64,000 nucleotides of DNA from Lytechinus pictus (Eukaryota), in contig NC_087247.1 of assembly GCF_037042905.1 (NCBI RefSeq), positions 44,516,001 to 44,580,000 on the forward strand, read 5' to 3'. The notes below the pieces were generated by a model. That model had not been told where the DNA came from, ran no database searches, and was given only the letters and a program-made list of their open reading frames with translations. Below, in pieces: positions 22,997-36,282 of this stretch (positions are counted from its first letter, which is position 1; the number at the start of each line of letters is the position of its first letter). The position numbers and the translations under genes are program-made.

Positions 22997-23678
22997 TACC
23001 CCTTTCATACTGCCCTCTTCATTTTTCACCGGCGAACTTCGCCGGCGAACTTTTCCGCCTCGCATTCCTCACTTCCCCGGATAAGAAAAAAAAATGTACC
23101 CTTTCGCACTGACATTTTTTCCCCGGCGAAAGTCAACAGGCGATTGCAGAACAAACGAAAGAAAATTGTAAACATTATTTCTTACCTATATTACAAAAGG
23201 TATAAAAACAATTAATTACAACATATTTTGGAAGTATTGCGAGAAAAACAAACAATATCACCTTGTTTTTATATTTTAGCGCATTTTATACATGTAAAAA
23301 TTGCTTTTTAATAAATATTGTTAGTAAAAAAAAAAATTATGTTCGAGGGTATCTACTTGGCCATAGCATTCAGCTGAGCTTGCAACTATCGCGCGCGGAA
23401 TCTCGGTACAGGGGACTTTGGGAGATAAAAAATTGACCTCTGACGTCATTAAAGAGAATAAGTTCTCCGGTTTGCTTTCATACTGGCCGTTTCACCGGCG
23501 AACTTCGCCGGTGAAACAGTTTCGCCGGCGAAGTTCTCCACCTCTAGAGGTGGAGAAGTTCGCCGGCGAACTTCACTGGTGAAGTTTTCCTGTGTACCTT
23601 TCATACTGGACACTTTCCCCTTCGCTGGCGAACTTCGCGGTGAAGTTCGCTGGTGAAAAGCGCAATATGAAAGGGGTA
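22997..23678. mobile_element. PIF/Harbinger-type MITE
   Basis: TTA|tacccctttcata ... tatgaaaggggta|TTA (13-bp TIR, 3-bp TTA TSD), with subterminal ttcgccggcgaa palindromes. Confidence 0.85.
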
Positions 23679-23793
23679 TTAGAGGAAAAGACCCACAAAA
23701 TGGCCCATTTTTTATCATAAAAGGAGTTAAGGTCACTACGTATGCGATTTGTTTTATTTTTATGGGGGCAAGCAAGATAAAAGTTTATCCTTG

Positions 23794-23987
23794 CACTTTT
23801 TAAAATGTTGGGCAACATACTGTCCACAACAATTGGTTGAAACTTAATCCAATTCTGGGTAGCTTTAAAACAATAATGTGTGCTTTAGGTGAAAACTACA
23901 CAGTATTGCTTGAAAACTACCAAGAGCTGGATATTTTTTTTAACGAATTGTTGTGTGGACAGTATGTTGCCCAACATTTTAAGAGTG
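23794..23987. mobile_element. CAC-terminal MITE (CMC/EnSpm-like)
   Basis: TIR cacttt-ttaaaatgttgggcaacatactgtccaca / tgtggacagtatgttgcccaacattttaagagtg, with 2-bp flanks TG/TA. Confidence 0.75.
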
Positions 23988-24879
23988 TACAATCAACCTC
24001 ACCCCGTTTTGTCGTTGAGGGCAATATGTTCTATACACTTCTCTGCTGTTCAAAAATAAGATTTGATAAAAATCATCACCCTGCCGTCCATAAACATGAT
24101 AAGTGTGCGAGGTGATAGGGATATCCCTTTTTTTTAAATAAAACTAGAGGTGGAAATATAGTAAGCGAAATAATCACCGTTGGTTAAGGTGATGTGCATA
24201 CTATCACTTTCCGAAGCAAGGTTGAGGAAAGATTCGGTTTTCCGACTTGCATCTGGAACCACTTAAAAGGAAGAAAACAATACTTATCTACAAGAGAGGA
24301 TTGTGCGGTATAAAAATCAAATTTTCCTTAATAAGATGCTCAATTTGATGCTTGTTTTACTGCCGGCTCGTATATAAAATGTGTGCCTGCATCTTGATCT
24401 CGACCGAAAACATGAACAATAGTAATAGACCTTATGCTTCGCCATTAGAGATCGGCAAAACACAGAAGTTCCAACATTGCAAATATTACTTCTCAGGTAG
24501 ACTACGCAGAGTATGGTACTGGCTGAAAATTTTAGAAAATTATATTTGAATGTAGCTTTCTGATATCCAATCACTATTGTAAGTGCTCAAAGGGACATTT
24601 GAAAAATAGTGCCGACAGATGGCGCTAGATGTCTGGAAATTTGAAAATTAAAATATGAAATATTTACATTTTTACAAAGAATCAACCGAGGGGGGGGGGA
24701 CATTAATTGGCAACTACACATTAGAGACTGGAATGATAGATGATACTAAAGAATGAATAAAAAAATATTGGTGATTACATGATTTACAAAGCTTTTGATA
24801 AGGTTTTGATAAGGCTTTGTAAATTTGACATTCATATATCCATGTTTTCGTATGAAGTCATATCACAATGACCTTGAAG

Positions 24880-25580
24880 ATAATAAATAATAATAATAAT
24901 GGTCTTTATTAGGCATCAAAACATTCTTGGCAGCCAATGGCTGAATTGTAAATGTTTTTACAGAGTAAAAAGATTCACATACAAATTTAACAGAACAGTA
25001 TACAAAATATACAAAATACAGAATATGTATATGTGAAATATGATTAATCAATATACACAAGAAAGGGCGGACCCCATCCGACCTTGCAAAGATAACTAGA
25101 AAAAAAAGGAAACGTTTGATTGGGACGGTATGAAGTTGATTAAGCAGTTTGAAAAACCATATTAAACTGACGGAAAGAAAGAGAGACAAAGAAGAACAAA
25201 AGCGTATCCACGGGCACAGTTGAGTTGGATTGTTGGTAATTGAATGAAATGGGGTAAAAAAAAAAAACAGTATAAAGATACAAAATGCACTTTGCAAAGC
25301 TGAATGGAGCATTAAACAATGACGTAAGCATGAGACTTGGTTTGAAACTTTAAACTAAACTTGAAACGTAATCAAAAAGTCCCCACAGGCTGATCCAAAT
25401 GGATGGAGAAAAGAGAAACAAGCATAACATTGGATATCCCAACGGACCCCACTCCATCCTTTCAAAACAACCTGCAGGAGCAGCCCTGGGCTAAAAGAAG
25501 AGGAAGGAAAGATATGAAGAATGGAAGAACAGAGAAGATGCAATGCCCCCAAAATAAATACATATAACCAGTACAACATA
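24880..25580 (-). mobile_element. Possible 3' end of a non-LTR retroelement
   Basis: The minus strand has AATAAA followed by an (ATT)n tail at about 24880-24910 and a small cagccattggctg hairpin just upstream. No convincing protein motif was recovered. Confidence 0.3.
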
Positions 25581-26977
25581 TTAAAAACCTTTAAAAATTC
25601 GAATGACAGAATTGCGTCCCCTTTATTACTTCAATCCGTCAATGTTATTGCACTAGTACTGAAGGTGTGTGTTAAGGCGGTAGAGGGGAGATGGAAAATA
25701 GAGATGAGAGAAAGAAACATAAATAATTATAAGAGAGATAGGGAAAGAGTGTGTGAGAGAGAGAGGGGGAGATGAAGAACAGCCTACAATATGCATGTAC
25801 ATGAGATCACAAAGTTCAAGCAATGATGCGACCGTGGAAGGACGGATGAGTGTTATTGACAGTCTCTTAGCCAGACAGTAAGTCATTAGAAACGAACCTA
25901 TTCCATGAAAGTGTACACAATAACAGTCTTTATAACCACTCAATATTTCTCCTATGAAATAAGAGTTATGATAAATTTGGTTTTTGTAATGCATGTCATC
26001 ATGCAGAAAGATTGCGATGTATTTTTACGCGGATGACATGAATATTAAAAGCTACAAATTCATGATGTCCGGTAATAAATTAGAAATATAAGCAAATATC
26101 AATTGACTTGTGTAAATGTCTTTGTATTTTGATAGGAAGCCTTTTATCATCTATTTCCTTTCAAAACTAAAAAATGTACAAATCATTTCACTAATCTTTC
26201 GTTGCTACAATATCGATCATATTACAGATTTAGAATTAGCAAATAGCGATTAGGCCGGGAAAAGGAGAGATGCTCCCTCTCTTTCCGAGATCTTGGCCGT
26301 TGAACTCTTAATATTCTTCAGAGACATTATTTCAATTTAATTATAATTTATTTAATCATGCTAATTCTTGTTACTCTTTAAACAGAATTGTTGCTAATAT
26401 GGCTCTTTTTGTTGAAGATTTAATTTTTTTTTACGAGTGTACTTGAAGAAAATAAAATCGACATCACCTTTTTAAAAAAACAATTTCGAAGGTAGGACCC
26501 TATTTCTTTAGATTTCCGATTTATACATTTATAGGGGTTTCTTAAGGGAACAATTTGCGACATTCTTATAATCATTATTTTTCGTTATAAATTTATGATT
26601 TATTTTTGTTGAAGGGTATTTTTGCACATTTTTTGTTTGTTTCATCAGTTCGCATTTTTTATTCGATACGAGAATACAAAATCTTCCGGACATCATGCTA
26701 GGACGTCGTGAAAATGATGTACATGATTAAACACCAATAGGGGAGGGCATGTTAGGTTGCCTCGATACCTTTGCGCGTTTTCAAACAGTTACACATTTTC
26801 AGTTTAAGTTTAATTCCTCCCATAATGCAAGGGTGCATATAAATATCACTTTTATTGCATTAACTGATGAACATCGTCGTCGGCATCCATTCGTATCGAG
26901 AGACGATGGTAATCTCGAGAGCAACTTTTACACCTGGAGCAGGTTGGCGCTGAATCAAAACTGGTAAAGATTCTGCC

Positions 26978-27125
26978 CAGCCTACAGAAATCTAACCCTG
27001 CTGCAAGCTAGTTACTGGCTAGCGGCGAGCTGATGGCCCACTTAATAAGCGATTGTAAGCTATTTATGCATGCCTATTACAAACTTATTAAGCTATCCGG
27101 CTAGCTTGATATTTCTGTGAGGATG
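26978..27125. mobile_element. Short MITE with 2-bp CC flanks
   Basis: CC|cagcctacagaaat ... atttctgtgaggatg|CC, with inner inverted pairs caagctag / ctagcttg and cttaataag / cttattaag. Confidence 0.5.
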
Positions 27126-27183
27126 CCCTCGCTTTCCCCCTAGCTTCTTTGTCTGCTATAGCATGGCTAGTTAACATGGTTAA

Positions 27184-27774
27184 AGGTCAAGTCCACCTCA
27201 GGAAAATGCTGACTTGAATAAATAAAGAAAAATCAAACTAGTATAGTGCTGAAAATTTCATCAAAATCGGATGTAAAATAAGAAAGTTATGACATTTTAA
27301 AATTTCGCTTATTTTTCACAAAACAGTGATATGCACAACTAGGTGGGTCAGTCGATGATGTCCATCACTCACTATTTCTTTTGTTTTTTATTGTTTGGAT
27401 TATACAATATTTCATTTTTTATAGATTTGACAATAAGGAGCAACTTGACTGAAACATATAGTATTAAACAATGCTGATGCCACATGTTCAGGGAGGAATT
27501 AATCGTTGTATCACTTGCCAATGAGGAGAAAAGTAGAATATTTCATATTTGACATAATAAAATACAAAAGAAATAGTGAGTGGATGACTTCATAGTCTCC
27601 TCATTTGCATACCAGCCAGGATGTGCATATAACTGTTTTGTGAAATTAAGCGAAACTTTAAAATGTCATAACTTTCTTATTTTACATCCGATTTTGATGA
27701 AATTTTCAGTGTTATGCTTGTTGGATTTGTCTCTTTTTATTCAAATCAACTTCTTGTTGGGGTGGACTTGTCCT
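27184..27774 (+). mobile_element. Kolobok-type MITE (copy 1)
   Basis: TTAA|aggtcaagtccacc ... ggtggacttgtcct|TTAA, with long subterminal inverted repeats (gaaaatttcatcaaaatcggatgtaaaataagaaagttatgacatttt). Confidence 0.9.
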
Positions 27775-29293
27775 TTAAGCCTCCTTGGTGGTTCCGCTGT
27801 CTCGACACCTATAGCTATCCATAGACACGGCAACTATGGGCTACATCCTTCCAAGTGTTAGCGTCAATGCCGACAAGCTTCATGTTAGGTGTCTTCCAAA
27901 GGGACGACACCCATTATAACAATAAGATGGATAATTACTTATTTGGGAATATTACCTTTAAAAAGCGGGAGATGGTTCTAGTTTCTAGGTTTGAGATTTG
28001 AAGGATGTTGTGGTAAGTGACCCAAGAAACCTTTATACAACCACTATGGTCTCGGTTGCTGCACCCGTGTTGAGGAAACGAACATAAATCATATCAAAGG
28101 AAATTATAATCATGAACTACTAGAAGACAAAGATTTGTAATGAATATCTATCTTTACTTTAACGCATGAGTGTATTAACAAAAGCTACTGGCCTGGAGGG
28201 GCGATCGAGGCGCTTTAGAAATAGGGAGTTTTCGCAAAAGCTTCGCAGACGCTTTCTAGAACAGAAAAAGTCTATTGTCAAACGCCCTTCATGACAATGA
28301 AGGCATTGTCGAGGGTCGGTGAATCGAAACAACCGTTCCGTCCGTGACTCTGGACAAATCACATATTTGTTATTTTTGTTAGCTCTGAAACGTCGGACGA
28401 AACTGCTGTGGTAAAATGGTTACCATGCAATAAAAACTAACAAACAAATACAATCACATCTTAATGAAACAGAGGATGCCACGAAGGAGACTGCTAACAA
28501 GGTGAAATTGTGAAGACAGTGTTGTCCATTATGCCGTGTGATTGTAAAATAGTGTGATAATGAACTATTAAAAAACAGAAAAGCAGAAGAATGTAAAACA
28601 TGAGAGTGACGAGGTACCAGAAATGAAAGGAATGCAAGGAAAATTAATGCGCTCAGGGAATTGACAATTAAAGACTCAACCTTATTTAATATGTTTATAA
28701 TACCCATCTTACAAGAGAGGATGCAGAAAGTAGGATATGTAGCCAGATTTAATTAACTTTGGGCGTGCATCAGACCTTCTTCATATAGTGGTGTATATAG
28801 GCTCAACTATATGAGAGTGGTATGTGGATGTGTATATACCGTGCACGGATATCGATGTGTAAATACATGTGCATAATGCAAGATAGGTAGCTAAATAAGC
28901 TATAGTGAATAGCATATCGACAAAGATGTGTGTATAAAACAAGATTGTTGTCCTATCCATGGTGATTACATTGACATAGACAATAGTAAATGAATGAATA
29001 AATCATTCGATCAATAGATACCAATTTCTATTCAATAATGAATAAATTAACAGATAAATAGATTCTAACGCTAATAACCCTGAGCGACATTGGAGAAGGG
29101 GGTTACTATCCATCGAAACCGAGGAATATTTTATTGTTTACAGCATCCAAACCCAAGCAGCCGAGTTTGATCGCTGCTTGTACTGTTCCTGATGGTAGAT
29201 GGCGCCTATCAACAATTCATCGATTCAAAGCAGATTTCAGTGGAGTAATATCGTAATTCCTCTGAATCGTAAGATAATTCCTATTTGCCAAAC

Positions 29294-30628
29294 CAGGGGT
29301 GGCGGAGTGAAGTTGAAGGGGGAGGACACACAGGAAAAAAGGGCACCTTTTCTTTCGAAAGGACAAAAACAAAGGGGAAAATTACTCATCTACCCCACTC
29401 CCATGTCTTATGAAACTTGGCACATAGGATTATTCTTCAACTTTTTTCCTTCATAAGTAGTAACATATAAAAATGAAAACATTGTTTTGTTTCTTACCAA
29501 TCTTGTTGTTTCTTTGTGGGAATTTCAAAAGGTAAAGCTATGAAAAGAATTACTATCTCTTCTGATTACTTGACGCATTTGTGATTGAAGTCCTGTGTGT
29601 GACATGCATGGAACATTTCAGTTGCGCGTATTGAACACACTTACGTTTTCCTCTGCGTAGCAATTATTTCGAAAAGCAACTGCCTCATATTCCTCGAGAT
29701 AATTATATGTGAACTTCATAAATTTAAAATGTTTTTTTTCCAAAATCATATAACAGGAACAGGAACCCCATCAGAACATTAACAGACTGACATTTTGAAC
29801 AAACTAGAAAAGAAAAGGGGCCTTTATCAAAAGTAAATAAGAGCATATTAAAATAGGGTTATTAATTAGGAATTAAAAGGGAAGAATTTCATTATCAAAA
29901 GAAAAAGAAGTAGCGAAAGGGGCAAATCACTTTTTTAAGGGATTATACGATTAAAGGATGCCCTTGCAGAAGGAAGCAAAACGCTAAATACAGAACGCGG
30001 AAAGAATGGTTTTTAACATGTGTAGGGACAACTTACGCTGTAAAAAATGAAGTGCTAATTTAGCACTTACAGTGCTTGTATAGTGACTGCACTATGAGTG
30101 CTGATTTTCTAGTTCAAATTTAAACTAAAAAATCAGCACTCGTAGTGCAGTCACTATACAAGCACTGTAAATGCTAAATTAGCACTTCATTATTTACAGT
30201 GTATCTGATATGAAGATCAGGCACCTATGAAAAGGCAAAGGGACACTCGTTAACACATAAAACGGGTCCTTCTCTGGTGAAAGGGGCACAGAACACGTTC
30301 GTGAAGGGCACTGTTTTAGGGTAAAAAGGGGCACTGATTCGAGAAAGGGCACTTACAAGAAGGCAAGGGGCACTTGTTCACACATAAAACGGGCCCTTCT
30401 CAGGTGAGACGGGCACAGATCACGTTCATTAGGAGGCATTTTGGATTTTTTTGTTTAAATGGCACTTGTATACGAGAAAGGCACTTGCTAACACCTAAAA
30501 CGGGTCCTCCTGACATTTGAAAGGGGCACAGTACACGTTCGTGAGGGGGAATTTCTTGCGTAAAAAGGGCACTGTTACTGTGCTTCAAAAAGTGGGGGCA
30601 CTGTGCTCCCCCCGGATCGCCGCCCCTG
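29294..30628. mobile_element. hAT-type non-autonomous element with AAGGGCAC subterminal repeats
   Basis: TIR caggggtggcg / cgccgcccctg and a degenerate 8-bp TSD tgccaaac / taccacac (6/8). There are many aagg(g)gcac motifs near the right end. It contains a nested MITE. Confidence 0.6.
30036..30201. mobile_element. Near-perfect 166-bp palindromic CAC-terminal MITE
   Basis: TA|cgctgtaaaaaatgaagtgctaatttagcac ... gctaaattagcacttcattatttacagtg|TA. The arms pair almost to the centre. Confidence 0.9.
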
Positions 30629-32149
30629 TACCACACGAGTCAAATGATAATGATTGGATTGACTATAAAACTTTAACACGATTAACGTGACACTGGTAGC
30701 AAATTTCTTAAGTCAGGCGACATTTAGCGGGAAATCTAACATTAATTTAATGTGCTTTATCTCAATTCAAATTATTAATACTTTTAAATCTAGAACTTTG
30801 GGACACTAAATACCCAAGGTGAGAATTGAGACCGGAGAAAGATTGAAGAAAAAAATAACACAAAAGTGAGAGACTTAAATCATGAAGAACAAAATATATA
30901 TCAATACTAATACATTATGATTATGCGTCTCCGAACTTGTTTACTGTGTTGATTTTTAGCGAAAAGACGAATGAAATGTTCAAGTTCTGATATCTTTTGA
31001 GACTTTCTATTTTTTGTTAAAGCTGAAGTAAATGCAAAATAATCTTACGTTCGAATCTGGCAAAAGTTTAGTGACAGTAATTTTTTTTCTTCTGTTTGTT
31101 GATTCTTTGAGACAGTTTGGTTTTATTGAAGATATTTAGCACCATCGCTCAGTGTTTTTTTTCTTTTAAAAGAGGCCTTTTAAATAGACCTTGTATTTCG
31201 GAAAGCTACAAACACATATTATTTTTCTAAACTTCACGTCCATGCCATATTTCATAAATGGTCTTATACGAAAGTTAGCTCAAAGTTGTGAGAATCGCAT
31301 TATCTATCCATATAGCTCATTAACACATCAAACAAATGAGCGTATATGTTACATATCATTCGCAACATGTAAACACCATGTACATATTAATATTGGCCGT
31401 GTTACTTGCCAAAACTTAATTAACGTGTATAGTCAGTTGTTTTGAAATTCATATTTGATATCCTTGTTACTTCCCCGACACAATGCTCGTTGGACATCCC
31501 CAACCTGGGCCACCCCTGACTTGCCCCTTTACAGAGCTTGCTTTAAATTTTTCTTAAATCTATCATGCCAATTCTACAGAGATCATCAATTTCACAGAGC
31601 TCCTGTGAGTATTCCAACAACTCAATGACTTTGTATTAAAATATGATCGTAGCGCCCTCTCTGGAGTGAAATGAACGAGTGAAAACACGAATTACACACT
31701 GGATTAAATGTCAAGATTTATGGAACGTGACGTCAGACGGCTGCTCATAATGTGTCATGAGAATTAATTCATCACCAATAGTATATGACCCCCCCCCCCC
31801 CCCGGGGGGTTGGCCTTGCTTGGTAATGATATTGTGATAAAAATAAGTTGTTCATCCACACGTTTTTCCTTTGAAAAAATATTAGAAACATTTTGGACCT
31901 GCGTTAATCCATGGAACAAATTCACTCATTTATAATTGGAAAGTTTTTTATATGCTCAAAATTATGCAGGAATCAAAACATGAATAGAGTTGGTATAGTG
32001 TGTATAAAAATTGAAACAAACAAACAAACAAACAAAACAACAGAATAGGACGAGGTTTGTCAATTTCATTTGTTTGAAGTCGTTGATTTTTTCCCGGCCT
32101 CCGCACAATGTCTGCTTCATTACGTCACAGCATCTATTAGATGTTTGTA

Positions 32150-32325
32150 TGACGATGGCCACGATGCAGATGACATGATTATGATGTTTGTTGTTGTTGA
32201 TGATGATGATGATGATGATGATTGTAACGATGATGACGACGACGACGATGATGGTGGTGGTGATTATGACGATGGTGGCGATGATGATGATGGTAATGAT
32301 GATGATGATGATAATGATGATGATA
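32150..32325. repeat. (GAT)n-type microsatellite
   Basis: Direct reading. It explains the poly-Asp ORF. Confidence 0.9.
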
Positions 32326-32767
32326 AGGACTCCACAGTGTTCTTATTTTTTATAAATTGTATGATGAAGGAATATTGGTGAGTTCTGAACATTTCATAAC
32401 TGTATACTGGGACAATTAAAAAGAGAGTATAAAGGAAATTGATCCGATTGATCCCTAAGAAGTTAACTTCTGTATGATTTGTGTCAGACCATTTCTTTGT
32501 CTTTGTAATTGTATTGTAAACAATAGTTTAGGTAAATCCCGAAAGTGTTGGTAATTCTTTCATTGTATTACAAGGATTTAAAAACTGTCAATATGGTCTA
32601 AGTGGGATCAATAAAGTAAATGTTTTGGTGTGCTTATTTACTGCGTAGGTTTTTTTAAATGGGTTTTACATGATTTAGAATCATTTCCTGAGCTTGAAAT
32701 CGGATGACATTCTTTTTAGGATGATAATCTTTGTAGTATCCGGTAGGATGCGAAAGATATTGTATGT

Positions 32768-32960
32768 TTGAATTTGCCAGCGCCATAATGAGGCTGCGAT
32801 GAATGCAAGGAATGCACCCCAGGGAGTGAAAATTGTGCTCTTTTCATGCGGGATTGAAATGAATCCAATGACCGGGGAAATAATATGCTGTAAAGCGCTT
32901 TGAGCCTTTCTGGGAAAACTAGGCGCTATATAAAAATTGGCTATTATTATTATTATTATT
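32768..32960 (+). mobile_element. SINE 3' half with L2-type tail
   Basis: gtaaagcgctttgag...aggcgctatataaa followed by (ATT)n, the typical L2-dependent 3' stem-loop and tail. Confidence 0.7.
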
Positions 32961-33565
32961 GGCTATTTAAATCTTTCCTCAAAGGTGGCTTCAATTTTCA
33001 CATAAATGCAACAAATGAATAGATGATACACAAATATATTTCCTAGAGTAATGTTTTCAAATCATCGGGCACGTTTTGATGGTATTGCACGTTATTTACT
33101 CAGAATCTACCAGAAAAGACAAATTCGTCTGCAGGTCAAAGTCAATCAAATCAAATATTTCATGGAGGTTACCATTGGATCTCGTTCAACATATACAATT
33201 TTAAACAACAGAGGGCAGCATCCCTACCGTCTATCACCTTCCATGGGCAGATTCCTGGGCCCTGTAATAATAAAGATACAATCAATTTTTAATCAAGCAC
33301 AACTCACTGTAAGTCTATGCTAATACATATTGTTCATGCATGTTGAAGGTATTTTCATGTTACGTCCCCTATAAGTAGAAAAGGACTGGGTTTATTTCAA
33401 ATTTACTAAGCTAAGCGGCATTAATTTCGTCTCCCATATACATGTATTGTGATATGCCAGGAATAATTAGTGAGACTTCCCTGTAATGTATATAGACGTG
33501 TAAATCATTCTCGGTTTAATAGTTCCTAGTTGCCATATATCATTTTATAGGAATGCCAGTCTTAA

Positions 33566-33922
33566 AGGTATATGTAACTTGGATTCAAGCATGCGCTTTC
33601 TGACGGTTTTGTAACGTTCTGTATTTGCCATTTTCATTACGAAGATCATCGACGTAATGCAGTTGTCGATCATCATCAGCCAGACTAGCAGCACATGAAT
33701 ACGCTGCCCTGCTTTTGGCGACATCGGCGCTTTCATAAACATCTGCTGACGTCACATCACACAGCAGATGGAGGCGGGGCCAATACAACCTGCCAATATC
33801 TTCGAACGGCAGCCGAATAAATCAGAGCTCGGGCATTCAGAACATGGCATCTGCGTATTATTGATGTCTATTGGGAAGCTGGCATCCAACAGCGCCCTCT
33901 TAAATCCTAGGAACGTATACCT
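33566..33922. mobile_element. Kolobok-type MITE (distinct family, CpG-rich interior)
   Basis: TTAA|aggtatatgtaacttggatt ... aatcctaggaacgtatacct|TTAA. Confidence 0.75.
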
Positions 33923-34129
33923 TTAACTAACAGCTCCAAATTGCCAAACACAAATACTTCCCCTTAATTTATTCTTATTGTGTTATATTGACTCTAAATG
34001 TAAAAAAAAGAGAAAAAGAGAGAAACAAAATGGTAATTAAAACTGTGTTTATTTTGCCTTTTATTTTATGTACCTATATGGATTTTCACACATTGGTATA
34101 AAAAACCGATTTGATATTAACAGATGCAT

Positions 34130-34848
34130 TATTATATTTGGGGTAATACATACAAATCACGCCTTCTAAAACTATGTATCCTACAGAAAAAATCAATCCG
34201 ATTAATTACAAAGTCCCATATGCAAAGTGCTAGTAAACCCCTTTTCAAAAAGAATAATATTTTACCTCTACATGAACTAATTACTTTAAATACTCTAATC
34301 TTTATGTACTCAGTTAAAATCAGATTTTTCCATTGAAATATTGCAATATGTTTTCACTCAATTCAAATGTTCATTCATACGCTACTCGACAAAAAGATAA
34401 TTTCCATGTTCCAAAAGTGAAACTTTCTTCTTCTTTAAATTCACTAGCTTTAGTCGGTATAAAAAAATGGAATCAACTCCCAACTTCCCTAAAAGATTGC
34501 TCAACTTTATCCTGTTTTAAAAAAGTGTGTAGGGCCTACTTAATGGAAAATCTTTAAAATTACCAGGGTTTGTGTGTGTGTGTGTACGTGAGGGTGTGTG
34601 TGTGTGTGTGTATGTTTATATATTTGCATTTATATCTGCTGATAAAGTTTGTGTTTTGTTAGTTTTATGTTTCTAATTGTAAATTTTGTCAATGTTATTG
34701 TTTTGGGGGCCATTCTCTACAAGCAGTTTGCTTTTTTATGGTCCTAGCCATATTTTGTACCATTTATTACATAATTATGTACACTGTATGATTTGTATAT
34801 ACATATTTTTATGGTTGAATAAAATTGAATTGAATTGAATTGAATTGA
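34130..34848 (+). mobile_element. 5'-truncated LINE (L2/Crack-like) with TSD
   Basis: ORF2 C-terminus IWGNTYKSRLLKLCILQKKSIRLI...KPLFKKNNILPL / HSYATRQKDNFHVPK...KKWNQLPTSLKDCSTLSCFKK with one frameshift. The 3'UTR has (GT)n and AATAAA, then an (ATTGA)n tail. ATGCAT is duplicated at 34124-34129 and 34849-34854. Confidence 0.9.
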
Positions 34849-36090
34849 ATGCATAGGGTTATAACTGTTATCCACAGGAATATGATTTTGAAATTCTGCA
34901 GGTATTAATCTTCCTTAAGACAGTAAAGGGATCACTTAACATAGGAATTCTGTTGATACCTTATCTAGATTTTGGCACATTTGTTGATGGGACCGTTAGC
35001 TATTTGAGAAGGTCTGTAGAACCCCGGGATAGAACCTACCCCTGTGCCATCACGGTGGTATACTCTTGACAACTTTAATAGTGTTCAGTTGGTGTCTAAT
35101 GGGTATAACATTTTCTTTGACAGGGCGTTCTGTACCCATGGTTTGTCACGCCTGGCTTCCTCTTATTTCCCTTGTCAGACATTGGACCATTTTCAGACCA
35201 TTGACCAACACTAAGGTGTTTCATCAGACTCACTGTAAGCAGTACCGTCTTATCTCGTCAAAATGAGCCCTCTGCGGCAAGATATACCAAAACGAAAATT
35301 ATGAACTCTTTCAACACCAAATGCCAAATTAATAAAAAAAAGTTCCCAATTTACTTTACATTACTTTTTGATAACAAAACGATATAACTACCTTACACAT
35401 TATAAACACGAGACACGTTCGAACTTTATTGTTATTACCACCCCTTATTAATTTATGAATTGGGATCAAAGTGTTTCGTTATCATTGGGAGTGCAGGTTA
35501 AAGATAAAAAATCCCGAATTTATAGCCATTTGCGTGATGATAAGGCTGTTGTTATAGTCTATTTTTAACACCGCTTATTCACCCAGTACATACATATGGC
35601 TACTATAAAATGGCTCTGCATAATCAAAAAAGGAAAATTGTAGAGCCTGGTTTATAAACACACCGGATGATTTATGATTTGGACGCTGTATATTTGTATT
35701 CACTGGGCGGTTACATCTTCCCGATATTTTTATATATTTTTTTCTTCGTCGTTCTTCCTCTCCCATTTCTTTCTTTTCAATCCTTCTTTTCCATTAAATG
35801 GCTAGTCTTGAAATATACCTTTTTAAATAACCATTAACAACACAGAGTATTAAAATTATCCTGAAATTTAATGTACAAACGAGCAATTTGAGAGGAAAGG
35901 TGCTTGTTTTTGCTACTTGGTAAAATAATTATTGTAAGTTTTATGACATGAATGTATCGAGTTTTATTGCATGAATTTATTGAGTAGTGAAATAATGTAC
36001 TCTCATTCAAGTGGGCCTATATTACAAAACTAAACTTCTCAGAATGTTGCATTGTGGGTAGAGAACCTGGCCAGCTTCCAGAAGTTGCGG

Positions 36091-36282
36091 ACTAGTCTAG
36101 ACCTGGACGATAGATATTTGTTATATTTCGGAAAACCCTTCCCTCACTCACCGCGCGTAGCTGCACGCACACGCACATCCCCTACACACACACACACCGC
36201 CTTTTTACTTCCTTTCATGTGCGCGGTGAGTGAGTGTAGGGTTTTCCGATCAATAAATACTTACGTCCAGATCTAGACTAGT
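36091..36282. mobile_element. Nested inverted-repeat element (probable MITE)
   Basis: Three concentric pairs: actagtctagacctggacg / cgtccagatctagactagt; cggaaaaccct / agggttttccg; ctcactcaccgcgc / gcgcggtgagtgag. The loop is (CA)n-rich. Confidence 0.6.

Noticed and set aside
32070-32381. Asp-rich protein
   Set aside because: (GAT)n microsatellite.
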